From Phycisphaerae bacterium (GTDB taxonomy: Bacteria > Planctomycetota > Phycisphaerae > UBA1845), in assembly GCA_013360585.1 (NCBI GenBank), contig JABWBH010000010.1, positions 34,629 to 98,628 of the forward strand: a DNA stretch of 64,000 nucleotides, given 5' to 3'. The notes beneath the pieces were generated by a model. It saw only the letters and a list, made by a program, of their open reading frames with translations. It was not told where the DNA came from and made no database searches. Below are positions 17,594 to 27,984 of the stretch, piece after piece; the first letter of the stretch is position 1; the number at the start of each line of letters is the position of its first letter. Position numbers and translations under genes: made by a program.

Positions 17594-19882
17594 TTACGTG
17601 CCGACCGCAGGGTCCGCGGGCGCCCGGGCGGGCAGCTCGATGAAGACGGTCGTCCCGACGCCGGGCGAGGATTCGAGCGAGAGCTTCCCTCGCCCGATCT
17701 CGATCAACCGCAGCGCCCGCGACAACCCCATCCCCCGCCCGCGTCCGGCATGCCGGTGCGAGAAAAACGGGTCGAACGCCCGCTCGAGCACCTCGGCGTC
17801 CATCCCCGCGCCGTTGTCCTCGATGCGTATTCGGACTGTTTCATCGGACGCCGCCGAAGGCGAGTTGATGATGAGGCGCGCCGTCTCGGGTTTCATCGCG
17901 GCGACGGCGTTCGACAGCAGGGCGTTGAACACCTCCTGAAGGGCGGCAGGATCGGCGTACACCTGCACCCCCGTGTCCGCGAGGCGCACCTCGAAACGAT
18001 CCTCCGTGAGGCTGGATTCCTCCGTCCACCGCTTCCACAACACTTCGAGGAAGTCCGCGAGTCTTATCGGAACCGGCATCGGCTGCCGGGGCTTCGCAAA
18101 AGACATCAGTTCATTCACGATGCCCGACGCGCGTTTCGCCTGCTCCGCGATGATCTCGAGGGCGCGGAGCGTCGCTGGGTCCGTGTTGTCGGCGGAAAGC
18201 ATCTGGGCCCGTCCGGCGATAACCGCCAGCGGATTGTTCAGCTCGTGCGCGGCGCCAGCGGCCATCTCTGAGACCATCGAAAGCGACTTTCGGTGCAGAA
18301 GCTCCGCTTGAGCCGACTGCACGCGCCGGTTCGCCTCGACCAGCGCCTCCTGAAACCGCTCGCTTTGCTCGCGCCCCGCGGCATGCGACAACGCGAGTCC
18401 CCACGCCAGGGACAGGCCTTCCAGTTCACGACCGGCGGTGTTCCAGGCGGAAAGGGCGTGCTCGGGCAGGCGAAGAACGACGCGGCCGACCTCGCTTCCG
18501 GCGTGGTTCAGCGACAGAACAACCGGTTCACCCGGACCTTCCAGACCGCCGATGCGGCGCAAGAGGTCGATATCCGCCGGTTGCGCCGCGCGGAATCCGC
18601 CGGAACCGCCCAGCGTCGAGGCGCCGGTTTCCGCTCTCACGCCGCTAAGACGCTGCGAACGCCCGGCGCGGTCCTTGTCCCATGTCGCTGCGACCGCAGG
18701 GTCCGTGATCGTGGTGAAAACGGCGGCCCGCCCGCTGTCAAAAAGCAGCACCGCCGTCTCCGCGATCTTCTCCGCGACGGTTCCGATCGGATCATCCGCG
18801 TGCAGCAAGCCCGCAAAATGCCGGAACGCCTCAAAGCACCGCCCCCGGCGCAGCGTCGCACGGTGTGCCTCGTCGAGCCGTGAATTGACCCGACCCAACT
18901 CCGCGTTCGCCTCCGAAAGCGCCCGCACCAGCGTCATGTCCGTCGGCGCCGCGTTCAGATCGAACGCCGAGGCGCAGGCTTCAAACTCGCCAGGGATCGC
19001 CGCCGAAAGCTCGCGCGCCTGATCCCGCGTCAACCCGAGTTCCTCGCAACGGCGCTCGACGTCCCCCGGACCCGGCCCCGCACAGATCCCGATGCGCAAC
19101 TGCCGCACCAGGGCGTCCGCTGCGTGGACGATCCTGACCATCGTCGGCGCCGCCAGCCCCGCGGGAAGCGACCGCGGGTCAAGGTGATGCAGCCACGCGG
19201 CTTCGACGACCTCCCGAGAAAGTCCCCAGCGCGTCAGCAGCCGTCGAGCCGCCACGGTGTGATCGACGCCGAGCACCTCCTGCTCCACGTCGCAGATCGG
19301 CCGGTGCTCCTTGACGGCCCGATCCACCACCCGCTGATACGCCTTCGGCAGACACGCCTCCAGCGCGAGCTTCCCAACATCGTGAAGCAATCCGGCGACG
19401 AAGGCTTCCTCGGGCTTTGCCGCCGGTCCCCGGCATTGCTGCGCCACCAGGCGCGACGCGCACGCCACCGCCACCGAGTGCTTCCAGAGGTCCGCGCGCA
19501 ACGCGGGCGACCCCGCCTCGCCGGCGTCCACCCCGCGGAATACGTCGTAGATCGACACGGACAGCGCCGCCGCCCGGACCTGCGCGAACCCGAGAAGGAT
19601 GACCGCCCGCTCGACCGTCCCCGCGCCGGAACGAACTCCGTGGCCCGGACGCTGCAACAGGCGCAACACCTTCGTCGTCAGCGCCGGATCAGACTCGATC
19701 AGGCGAACCACGTCCGAGGCCGCCGAAGCATCCGACGCCGTCGTCTCGAGCACGCGGACCGCTACCGCCGGAAGCGCGGGAAGCTCGTTGAGATGATCGA
19801 GGATGATCTCGGCTCGGACCGGCGACCTGCCGGACGCGCCGCCGGATCGAGCCGCCTTGTGGTTGAGCGTCGTTGTGGTCAC
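17594..19882 (-). CDS. HDOD domain-containing sensor histidine kinase
   Basis: N-terminal HDOD (LPALPAVAVRVLE...DVVRLIESDPALT). H-box AAHELNNPL. HATPase_c (IEDNGAGMD...GRGMGLS). Confidence 0.85.
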   Translation of the reverse strand: MTTTTLNHKAARSGGASGRSPVRAEIILDHLNELPALPAVAVRVLETTASDASAASDVVRLIESDPALTTKVLRLLQRPGHGVRSGAGTVERAVILLGFAQVRAAALSVSIYDVFRGVDAGEAGSPALRADLWKHSVAVACASRLVAQQCRGPAAKPEEAFVAGLLHDVGKLALEACLPKAYQRVVDRAVKEHRPICDVEQEVLGVDHTVAARRLLTRWGLSREVVEAAWLHHLDPRSLPAGLAAPTMVRIVHAADALVRQLRIGICAGPGPGDVERRCEELGLTRDQARELSAAIPGEFEACASAFDLNAAPTDMTLVRALSEANAELGRVNSRLDEAHRATLRRGRCFEAFRHFAGLLHADDPIGTVAEKIAETAVLLFDSGRAAVFTTITDPAVAATWDKDRAGRSQRLSGVRAETGASTLGGSGGFRAAQPADIDLLRRIGGLEGPGEPVVLSLNHAGSEVGRVVLRLPEHALSAWNTAGRELEGLSLAWGLALSHAAGREQSERFQEALVEANRRVQSAQAELLHRKSLSMVSEMAAGAAHELNNPLAVIAGRAQMLSADNTDPATLRALEIIAEQAKRASGIVNELMSFAKPRQPMPVPIRLADFLEVLWKRWTEESSLTEDRFEVRLADTGVQVYADPAALQEVFNALLSNAVAAMKPETARLIINSPSAASDETVRIRIEDNGAGMDAEVLERAFDPFFSHRHAGRGRGMGLSRALRLIEIGRGKLSLESSPGVGTTVFIELPARAPADPAVGT

Positions 19883-19910
19883 AGCGGTGCGGCTCGCGGG
19901 GTTGAAGGGG

Positions 19911-20498
19911 TTAGACGGGCACGAGTTCCAGCAGTTCGCCGACGCGCTGAATCAGCTTGTCCACCGCGAAAGGTTTGCGGATGAACTCGTCAGCCCCCGC
20001 TTCGATCAACTGTTTGACTTCGTCCGGATCAGCGACGCCGCTGACCAGTACGATCCTCATATGCTGGTAGTCCGGATTCGAGCGGATCCGCTTGCACACC
20101 ACGTTGCCGTTAACGTCCGGAAGCTTGTAATCCAGGAGGATCAGGTCCGGGCGGAACTGCTCGGTCTGGATGCCGGCGTCGTATCCGCTCCCCGCCGTCC
20201 GGACCTCGAAGCGCCCGTCACGCTCCAGCAGATCCCGCATCATGTCGATGATGTGCGGATCGTCGTCCACGATCAGCACGCGCCTCTTGCCCGTCTCCAG
20301 GGCGTCCAGCGGAATGTTGTTCTCACGCATGAACACCCGCAGAGCATCGAGCGGAATCCGCCTGAACCGGGATCCGGGAACCCGGTAACCGCGCAGCCGG
20401 CCGTTATCGAAGCAGCGGATGATCGTCTGCTGGCTGACGTTGCAAATTTGCGCAACCTCGCCGGTGGTGAAGACCGTTTTGTCAGGTCCGTTTCTCAT
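19911..20498 (-). CDS. response regulator with N-terminal excisionase/MerR-type HTH and C-terminal REC domain
   Basis: HTH is TTGEVAQICNVSQQTIIRCFDNGRL. REC is VLIVDDD...DLILLDYKLPDVNG...KPF. Confidence 0.8.
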   Translation of the reverse strand: MRNGPDKTVFTTGEVAQICNVSQQTIIRCFDNGRLRGYRVPGSRFRRIPLDALRVFMRENNIPLDALETGKRRVLIVDDDPHIIDMMRDLLERDGRFEVRTAGSGYDAGIQTEQFRPDLILLDYKLPDVNGNVVCKRIRSNPDYQHMRIVLVSGVADPDEVKQLIEAGADEFIRKPFAVDKLIQRVGELLELVPV

Positions 20499-20594
20499 GC
20501 GATCCTCGCGTCACGGGATGGCGCGCCGATTCCTCCTGATCTCGGCCTAGTTCTCCAGTCTGTTCAAATTCGCCATCCAACCCAGATTAGCTAT

Positions 20595-20624
20595 ACATTA
20601 GGTTCGGCGCTAATTCCTTGTCAA
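20595..20624 (-). promoter_or_regulatory. candidate sigma70-like promoter for the RR-HK-RR operon (TTGACA-18 nt-TAATGT on minus strand)
   Basis: On the plus strand these read TGTCAA (20619-20624) and ACATTA (20595-20600). They sit in an unusually AT-rich patch. Confidence 0.35.
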
Positions 20625-21087
20625 GAAAAAACTGAAAAAATTTTCTGTCGGAGTCCATCACGTCCGATACCTCAGTTCCCGCGCCACACGGTCTTCCCAT
20701 CCTCCGGACAGCAGGGTCATGCGGTTTTTGCATCAGCGTGGACCGGCGCAGGTACAAACCCCGGTGAAACATCCGGCAGAGGCTCGCCGCGCGGACTCGC
20801 AATAACCGCCGCTACGCTGAGAACCATCAGGTACAGACGACCGGCGGTCGGCGCTGCGGCGACGGGAGTCGGGCGAGTCTCGGCGAGAGGAACAACAAAA
20901 GTACTCGCGCCGAGTTACGCGACCGCTTACGTTCGTCTCCGCAGAACGTCTTCGGCTTAGACGAGCCGTCGTTCGATGCGGACCGGGCGAGGCCGCCGAT
21001 CGCGTTGTCCGCGTTCCGGGAGCGTCCTAGAATGCGCAGCTCGGCGCATCAAGAGACGGCGCCGCACGATGAGAGGCTTCGAGATAC

Positions 21088-23595
21088 ATGAAGCACACAG
21101 GGATCGCCCGGACCCCGCGGTCTTTCCGTCGACAACGATCCCGCCTTCAGTGCTGGATCCTGATGCTCGCGGGAACCGTCTCCGCCGCGAGCGGCGCCCC
21201 GGCCTTCGCCGATGTAGTCGTCCAGAGCATCGGCGTGGGATTCAAGGCCCGGGGATTCGGACAGGCCCACCACGAGGGCGTCATCCGCACGGGAACCTGG
21301 ACGCCGATCGTGGTCGATCTTCAGTTGGAGAACGCGGCATCGTTCGACGGAAGTCTTCGCGTCTGCCAGTTCGACCCCGACGGCGATGTGGCGTACGACG
21401 AGGTTCCGGTTCACCTGCTGGCGTCGTCCGGCGGCGGCGCGGGGAGGTACGTCCTTTACGTCCTCCCTTCCGGCATCGACACCGACCGCCAGGTGCGCCT
21501 CGACCTTCTCGATGAAAACCGTGAAGCCGTCACCGCCCTCTACAACGGCGTACCCTACCGCACGGTCAGAACCGAGGACATTCCGCACATCATCACCGAT
21601 GAAATCCTGATCCTGGACATCTCGGTCGGGAGCGGGGCTCACGCCGGGGCGCTGAGCGATCCGGAGCTGAAAGGCCTGTTCAACCGCGACGTTTTTACGG
21701 CGCGCCTCGCTGCAGGAGATCTTCCCGAGCACTGGATCGGCCTGGAAGCCGTGGATTACATCATCTGGGACGAGGCCGATCCGGCGGATTTCAAAAGTCC
21801 CGCGCAGTTGAAGGCCTTGACGGACTGGGTCTGGCACGGCGGGACGCTGCTGATCGCGGCGTCGCGCACCGCCGGGGCGCTGACCACAACGGCGATGATT
21901 AATGAAATGCTGCCGGTGGACATCGGGCCGCCGCAGATCGCCGGCGACCTCGGCTTCCTCCCGCAAAGGCTGATGAGTATTCCGATGCCCGACGCGCCTC
22001 CGTCGGAGAAGGAGAAGGTGCGCCCGCCACCCCTTCTGGAACCGGCGACGATCGTCGCCTGCAAGACCCGGGCCGAGGGTTCGGTGTTCTCTTACTACGA
22101 GGATACCGATCAGCCGGTGCTCGGAGAGCTGCTGACGCGCCGGACATGGGGCAGCGGCGAAGTTATCTTCCTCGGCGTAACGCTTCACGACCTGTTTACG
22201 AAGGTTCCGGGCATTCGGCAGACGGAGGTCTTTCCACTGGAGAACGCCCGCGTGCAGCCGGGCAGCGCGGTCGAATTCTTCCAGCGTGTGTTCTTCCTGC
22301 GCCAGGAGCTGCACAACGTGGACCCGGCCTCCGAAGGGGTATACCCGCAGGTGCAAGCCCCCATCAATTTCGCCGCCAACTCCGCCCTCTTCCTGATCCT
22401 CAGCCTGATGCTCATCATCGCCTATGTCGGCACGGCGACGTTCGGGTCGTGGCACCTGCTTAAGCAGCGCGGGTGGCATCGGCACAGTTGGACGGCTTTC
22501 TCAGCCGTGGCGTTGGCGTCGAGCTTCCTGAGCGTGCTGATCGTGCAGAGCGTGCGCGGGTTCGGCCAGACCGTCGAGCAGCTTTCCATCATCGACGTCA
22601 ACGCCGGCGAAATCAGGGCCCGCGGATCAGCGCTTTTCGGTTTGAAGACCGGAACGCACACCGAGCTGGATCTCTGGCTGCCGGCCGACCCTTTGATGGA
22701 CCGCCAGCCGGGTACGACGTCATGTATGTTGCGCCCTGCGCCCGTGGCGACCTCCGTCGACGGTCTGGAGTCGCGGACGACCTACGCGGATCCGGAGCGC
22801 TACAACCTCGCCCCGTCGAATGCGATGATCGAAGGCGTGTCCTTCCGGGCGACGCTCAAGAAGCTTGAGGGACGCTGGACGGGGCAGATCGCCGGAAGCG
22901 TCGAGGGGCGGCTGCAGCGCCTGCCGCAAGCGTCGCGTCCGGGTGCGGAGTCGCTGTTTACCGCCGACAGCGCCGTGACCAACAAACTTCCGGTGGATCT
23001 GGTCAAAGCCTACCTGTTTTACGCCGAGGACGACCACGTTCTTCCGAAGACGGGAGCGTTCATCGACCAGCGCGGACGCCGGTCGCTTTATGCGATTCCG
23101 CTGGGCACGATCGCGGCGGGGACGTCGATGAATGTCGGAACCTTCCCCCATCTTCATGACGTACGCCGCGGGCTCCAGAACAACGAGCCCAACCCGCTGC
23201 ACAAGTACCTCCTCGTCGAGGAGCACAAGCGGTGGAACCGGTCGGTGCGCTCAATGATCGGATCGTTGACGGCGGAAGTCCCGGCCGGTCAGTTCGACAT
23301 GCGCCTCGAACCGTTTCAGGCGACGCTGCTGCTGGCGTCCACGATGGAGGAGGTCGAGCCGCGGACGAATCAGTGGGGGCAACCCTCCGTGCTGTCACGG
23401 CAGCATGTGCGTCATCTGGAGCTGCGGCAGGCGCTTCGGTCGGACACGGCGATCCTGATCGGGTTCGCGAACGACCCCGGTCCGATCCGCGTCGCGTCGC
23501 GCAGCGCGGGTTCGCAGCGGGACTTCCGGGTGATCGAACCGCGCGAGGGCGGTTCGTGGACGATGTACCGGGTGCGGATCCCGGTCCAACGATGA
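21088..23595 (+). CDS. large hypothetical membrane protein (signal peptide, two central TM helices), upstream of an ABC-2 exporter
   Basis: 835-aa ORF with non-repetitive composition. Signal-like LMLAGTVSAASGAPAFA. TM segments ALFLILSLMLIIAYVG and WTAFSAVALASSFLSVLIV. Confidence 0.6.
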   Translation: MKHTGIARTPRSFRRQRSRLQCWILMLAGTVSAASGAPAFADVVVQSIGVGFKARGFGQAHHEGVIRTGTWTPIVVDLQLENAASFDGSLRVCQFDPDGDVAYDEVPVHLLASSGGGAGRYVLYVLPSGIDTDRQVRLDLLDENREAVTALYNGVPYRTVRTEDIPHIITDEILILDISVGSGAHAGALSDPELKGLFNRDVFTARLAAGDLPEHWIGLEAVDYIIWDEADPADFKSPAQLKALTDWVWHGGTLLIAASRTAGALTTTAMINEMLPVDIGPPQIAGDLGFLPQRLMSIPMPDAPPSEKEKVRPPPLLEPATIVACKTRAEGSVFSYYEDTDQPVLGELLTRRTWGSGEVIFLGVTLHDLFTKVPGIRQTEVFPLENARVQPGSAVEFFQRVFFLRQELHNVDPASEGVYPQVQAPINFAANSALFLILSLMLIIAYVGTATFGSWHLLKQRGWHRHSWTAFSAVALASSFLSVLIVQSVRGFGQTVEQLSIIDVNAGEIRARGSALFGLKTGTHTELDLWLPADPLMDRQPGTTSCMLRPAPVATSVDGLESRTTYADPERYNLAPSNAMIEGVSFRATLKKLEGRWTGQIAGSVEGRLQRLPQASRPGAESLFTADSAVTNKLPVDLVKAYLFYAEDDHVLPKTGAFIDQRGRRSLYAIPLGTIAAGTSMNVGTFPHLHDVRRGLQNNEPNPLHKYLLVEEHKRWNRSVRSMIGSLTAEVPAGQFDMRLEPFQATLLLASTMEEVEPRTNQWGQPSVLSRQHVRHLELRQALRSDTAILIGFANDPGPIRVASRSAGSQRDFRVIEPREGGSWTMYRVRIPVQR

Positions 23596-23748
23596 GACCG
23601 ACGGTATGAAACCGGCGGTTGATGGGAGAACAAGCCTCGGGGCGCATGCCGCCGGGTGGGCGACGACGAAAGCAGAAGGAACGAACCAGAAGCCATCCTC
23701 GGCCGGCGTTGGGGTTTCGCGGGCCGTTGCGAATCAACCCCGTCCCTC

Positions 23749-24678
23749 ATGATCATACAAACCATCAATCTCACAAAGCGCTACGGGAAACTCGTTGCCC
23801 TCGACAATCTGCACCTGAACATCGAGGACGGCGAGTGCTTCGGGTACATCGGTCCCAACGGCGCCGGAAAGACCACGACGATCAAGATCCTCGCCACGCT
23901 GCTTCAGCCGACGTGGGGCGAGGCGCGGGTGTGCGGGTACGTCGTCGGGTACGAGTCGCGGAAGATCCGCCCGCTGATCGGCTATGTCCCGGACTTCTTC
24001 GGCGCTTATGAAGACATGGTCGTGCAGGAGTATCTCGAGTTCTTCGCCAGCGCTTACGGCATCACGGGCAAACAGCGCGAGCGCGTGGTGGGCGACGTGC
24101 TGGAGCTGACCGACCTGTCCTACAAGAAGGACGCCCTGGTGGACTCGCTGTCCCGCGGCATGCAGCAGCGCCTGTCGATCGCCCGCGTGCTGCTGCACGA
24201 CCCGCGCGTGCTGCTGCTGGACGAACCGGCGAGCGGTCTGGATCCGCGGGCGCGCATCGAAATCCGTGAACTGCTGAAAGAACTGCGCCGGATGGGCAAG
24301 ACGATCCTCATCAGTTCGCACATCCTGCCGGAGCTCGCCGATCTCTGCACCACCGTCGGCATCCTCGAGCAGGGCAAGCTCCTGTATCACGGACCGATCA
24401 AGGACATCATCGCCCGGGCCAAGACGGGGACGAAAGTCTGCGTCGCGGTCACCGATCAGCAGGATCTGGCGGCGATGCTGCTGGAGAAGACCAACGGCGT
24501 CAAGGCGGTCGAGCAGCGCGACGGGCACCTCATCGTCGAGCTGGAGAGGACCACGCACGACTTCACCGGTCTCGCCCGTCTCCTCCTCGACAACAATTTC
24601 CGCATCAAGGAGATCAAAGAAGAGGAGGTCAACCTGGAGACGGCGTTCATGCGGTTGACGAAGGGAATGGTGCAGTGA
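23749..24678 (+). CDS. ABC transporter ATP-binding protein
   Basis: The ATG at 23749 gives MIIQTINLTKRYG. Walker A is GPNGAGKTT, the signature is LSRGMQQR, and Walker B is LLLDEP. Confidence 0.9.
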   Translation: MIIQTINLTKRYGKLVALDNLHLNIEDGECFGYIGPNGAGKTTTIKILATLLQPTWGEARVCGYVVGYESRKIRPLIGYVPDFFGAYEDMVVQEYLEFFASAYGITGKQRERVVGDVLELTDLSYKKDALVDSLSRGMQQRLSIARVLLHDPRVLLLDEPASGLDPRARIEIRELLKELRRMGKTILISSHILPELADLCTTVGILEQGKLLYHGPIKDIIARAKTGTKVCVAVTDQQDLAAMLLEKTNGVKAVEQRDGHLIVELERTTHDFTGLARLLLDNNFRIKEIKEEEVNLETAFMRLTKGMVQ

Positions 24679-24753
24679 CGCCGTATCGTATCGCCGGAAT
24701 CGAGATCGAGGGGGTTAGAGAAAGTATTCACTGCACCTGAGGCATTGGCAGGC

Positions 24754-26583
24754 ATGTCGACGGTTTTGAACAAGATCGCGTGGTCCTTCTGGCGGCTGCT
24801 GCCCGCGAATCCGATCCTCATCCGCGTCGTCAGCGGCGCCAGCAAGCGCGTGCGCCATCTGTGGCTGCGGGCGGGTTACCTGATCCTCCTGGCGGCGGTG
24901 GTGCTGCTGTCGCTGATGACCTTCATGGGCGACGCCAGCGGTCTGAACGAGCTGGCGAAGGGCGCGTCGCAGACGTTTAAATACGCCGCCACGCTTCAGC
25001 TCGGCCTGATGTGCTTCCTCGCCCCGGTGTTCACCGCGGGCGCGATCACCCAGGAGCGCGACGCCCAGACCTACAACATTCTCCTGTCCACGCCGCTGAC
25101 CAACGCTCAGATCGTGCTCGGATCGCTGCTGAGCCGGTTGTACTTCGTCGTCATGCTGCTGGTGGCGGGGCTTCCGATCTTCTTCACGACGATGGTTTAC
25201 GGCGGCGTCACCACCTCCCAGATCATCGAGAGCTTCGGTTTGTCCGCGGCGACGGCCGTCATCACCGGGGCGCTGGCGATCTTCATCAGCGTCGTGTGGA
25301 TCGGCACGCGGCGGACCATCTTTTCGTTCTACATGACGATCGCGCTGTACCTGCTGGCGGTGTACCTGCTGGGACAGTGGGGTCGGACCTGGTCGGCGGA
25401 CGCGCCGCCGAACGTCGAGGGTCAGCGGATGTCCGTGCTCGCCCCGCTGCATCCGTTCCTGGCGCTGGAGGTGTCGCTGAACCGCGTGACCGCGCCGGAT
25501 TATGCGCTCGTCGCCGGACACGGAGCGATCGTCGGACGGGCGCTCGCCTACCCGTCGGCGGCGTACATCACCTGGACGCTGATCGTCGGCGTGCTGCTGA
25601 CCGTCGCAAGCATGTTCTTCGTCCGCAGCGGGGCGCGGCAGGGCGAACCGACGATCTGGTCGCGTCTGCGCGCGGGCGTCACACGTCGTGCGGACGAGGA
25701 GCGTCGCCGCAAACCGCGCCACGTCTGGAGCAACCCCGTCGCCTGGCGCGAGGCGAAGACGAAGTCGTCCGGCGGGGCGGGGGGGCTGCTGCGCTGGTTC
25801 CTGCTGATCGGCGGGGCGCTCGCCGCCGTCGGCCTGCTCTTCCTGCACCTGACCGATTCGAAGGTGCTCTCGGTCCAGACTACGCAGGAGTGGCTGGGCG
25901 CCGTGCTCATGATCGAGTTCACCATCGCCCTGCTGATCGCCACCAACACCGCCGCCACCTCCATGACCAAGGAGAAGGAATCCAAAAGCATGGAGGTGCT
26001 GCTGACGACGCCGCTGACCAGCCAGTACATCATCTGGGGAAAACTCCGCGGGCTGGTCAGCTTCGCCGCGCCGCTCATCGCCGTTCCGGTGGGCAGCCTG
26101 CTGCTCTTCGGGCTGGTCGGCCTGATCCCGCGCGGGAAGGAGCCGCTGGCGTGGATCGAGCTGGCGGTCGAGCTGGGCGCCGTGCTGGTCATGTACGTCG
26201 CTTTGTCCTGCGTCGTGTGTCTGAAGTTCTCGTTGACCAGTAAGAAGACGGTCAAGGCGACGATGATGAGCATCGCGTTCATGCTGGTGCTCGCCGGGGC
26301 GCTGACGGCGATCTTCCTCCCGATCCTGGGCGCCCCCGACGGGCACATCGGCGCGTTCTTCGCCCCGTGGACGCCCTACACCGCGATCTACGCCATGACC
26401 CAGCCGGTCGTCCTCACCGACGGCGACTTCTCCCGTCTGTCGGCCAACGCCGCCTCCCTGCGTGTCGCCTTTTTCATGGGCAGCGCCATCGCCGCAGGCA
26501 TCTACGCCCTCATCGTCTTCAGCCTCTACAAAGCCCTCGTCCGCGGCTTCGACATGATCGTCCGCAAACAGACGGCGACGTAG
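24754..26583 (+). CDS. ABC-2 family transporter permease (duplicated/fused)
   Basis: About 610-aa polytopic ORF directly after the ATPase. It has two similar hydrophobic halves, each followed by ...TPLT..QI..GK... Confidence 0.75.
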   Translation: MSTVLNKIAWSFWRLLPANPILIRVVSGASKRVRHLWLRAGYLILLAAVVLLSLMTFMGDASGLNELAKGASQTFKYAATLQLGLMCFLAPVFTAGAITQERDAQTYNILLSTPLTNAQIVLGSLLSRLYFVVMLLVAGLPIFFTTMVYGGVTTSQIIESFGLSAATAVITGALAIFISVVWIGTRRTIFSFYMTIALYLLAVYLLGQWGRTWSADAPPNVEGQRMSVLAPLHPFLALEVSLNRVTAPDYALVAGHGAIVGRALAYPSAAYITWTLIVGVLLTVASMFFVRSGARQGEPTIWSRLRAGVTRRADEERRRKPRHVWSNPVAWREAKTKSSGGAGGLLRWFLLIGGALAAVGLLFLHLTDSKVLSVQTTQEWLGAVLMIEFTIALLIATNTAATSMTKEKESKSMEVLLTTPLTSQYIIWGKLRGLVSFAAPLIAVPVGSLLLFGLVGLIPRGKEPLAWIELAVELGAVLVMYVALSCVVCLKFSLTSKKTVKATMMSIAFMLVLAGALTAIFLPILGAPDGHIGAFFAPWTPYTAIYAMTQPVVLTDGDFSRLSANAASLRVAFFMGSAIAAGIYALIVFSLYKALVRGFDMIVRKQTAT

Positions 26584-26611
26584 GGTCGAGCAGAAGGGCG
26601 GACCTTCTCTG

Positions 26612-26665
26612 GGGCGCGTGGTTTTACCCCGCGCGATCGATCGCGCGGGGTAAAGCCACGCGCCC
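26612..26665. terminator. 54-bp near-perfect palindrome between convergent genes (candidate bidirectional terminator)
   Basis: The arms 26612-26638 and 26639-26665 are reverse complements, with a single G-U position in RNA. Confidence 0.5.
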
Positions 26666-26727
26666 GGGTCATGCTTGTTTCATCCCCCCCAAAGCGCCGA
26701 ACCCCCGAAGGAGCGGTCGGTGTTTCA

Positions 26728-27873
26728 CTACTTCGTCCGGATGCGGCTGACCAGGCTTTGCGCGGACGCCTTGATGCCTTTCATGGCGCTTTGGAGGGCT
26801 TCGCGGCTGGGGGCGTATTCCATGGCCGTGTCATAGTGGATGCGTTCCTTCTCGATCAGTTGGACAAGCGACTGCGTGAAGGAAAGCATGCCTTCGTGTT
26901 CGCTCTGGGCGATGACGGCGGGGAGGTCTTCGTCCTCTTCGTTGCGGATTTTGTCCTTGACCACGGGCGTGTTGATGAGCACTTCCGACGCGGGGTAGAC
27001 CTTGCCCTGCTCGATGCCGGGGATGAGGCGCTGGCAGAGGATGGCGCGGAGGCTGTTGGCCATGCTGGAGCGGATGAAGGCGTGCTCGTTGCGGGGGAAG
27101 AACTCGAGGATGCGGTTGAAGGACTGGACGACGTCGCCGACGTGGAGCGTACCGAAGACGAGGTGACCGGTCTCGGCGGCCTGGAGGGCGGCGGTGAGTG
27201 TCTCGCGGTCGCGCATCTCGCCGATGAAGATGGTGTCCGGGTCTTCGCGGACGATGGCGCGGAGGGCGATGGGGAAGCTGGGGACGTCCAGCCCGATCTC
27301 GCGCTGGGAGATGATGCACTTTTTCGGAGTAAACGAATATTCGATAGGGTCTTCGACGGTGATGACGTGCATCGCCTCGATGTGGTTGAGGTGGTCGATC
27401 ATCGCGGCGAGGGTGCTGCTCTTGCCGCTGCCGGTGACGCCCGTGACACAGATGAGGCCCTCGCGCGTCTCGTGAATGAGCTTTTCATAGATCGGGGCGA
27501 GGTTCAGCTCCGCGTAGGTGGGGATCTTGTTCTGAACGCGGCGGATGGCGGCGTGCATCTCGCCCATCGAGCGGTAGACGTTGCAGCGGAAGCGGTCGCC
27601 GGTGGCGCCGCGGTAGGAGAAGTCGATCGAGCCGTTGGTTTCGTAATCGTGCAGCTTGTGCGTCGGGATGATCGACTTGAGCATCGCCTCCATGTAGTCG
27701 TTGGAGTCGATCGGCGGGACGGAGGCCACCTTGCGCAACAGTCCGCCGACACGGTAGTACGGCGCGTAATGCACTTTCAGGTGCAGGTCGGACGCAAGGA
27801 ACTGCGTCGTCCCGTTGAGGAGATTCTGCATCGCCTCGGCGGGGGGAGGAAGTTGGGTCATCGACATGTGCAT
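26728..27873 (-). CDS. pilT: type IV pilus twitching-motility ATPase PilT/PilU family
   Basis: Walker A is GVTGSGKSST. Also shows VITVEDPIEY, TIFIGEMRD and the His box GHLVFGTLH. Confidence 0.9.
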   Translation of the reverse strand: MHMSMTQLPPPAEAMQNLLNGTTQFLASDLHLKVHYAPYYRVGGLLRKVASVPPIDSNDYMEAMLKSIIPTHKLHDYETNGSIDFSYRGATGDRFRCNVYRSMGEMHAAIRRVQNKIPTYAELNLAPIYEKLIHETREGLICVTGVTGSGKSSTLAAMIDHLNHIEAMHVITVEDPIEYSFTPKKCIISQREIGLDVPSFPIALRAIVREDPDTIFIGEMRDRETLTAALQAAETGHLVFGTLHVGDVVQSFNRILEFFPRNEHAFIRSSMANSLRAILCQRLIPGIEQGKVYPASEVLINTPVVKDKIRNEEDEDLPAVIAQSEHEGMLSFTQSLVQLIEKERIHYDTAMEYAPSREALQSAMKGIKASAQSLVSRIRTK

Positions 27874-27984
27874 CTCCTTGGGAGTACGCAGAAGATCATG
27901 CCATCAAGGAAGGACGTTGTAAATTGCCGCCCGCAGCGAACAACTCGGGAAGGGAAGGACGATCCCTGGGGGGCAGAAAGGGAT

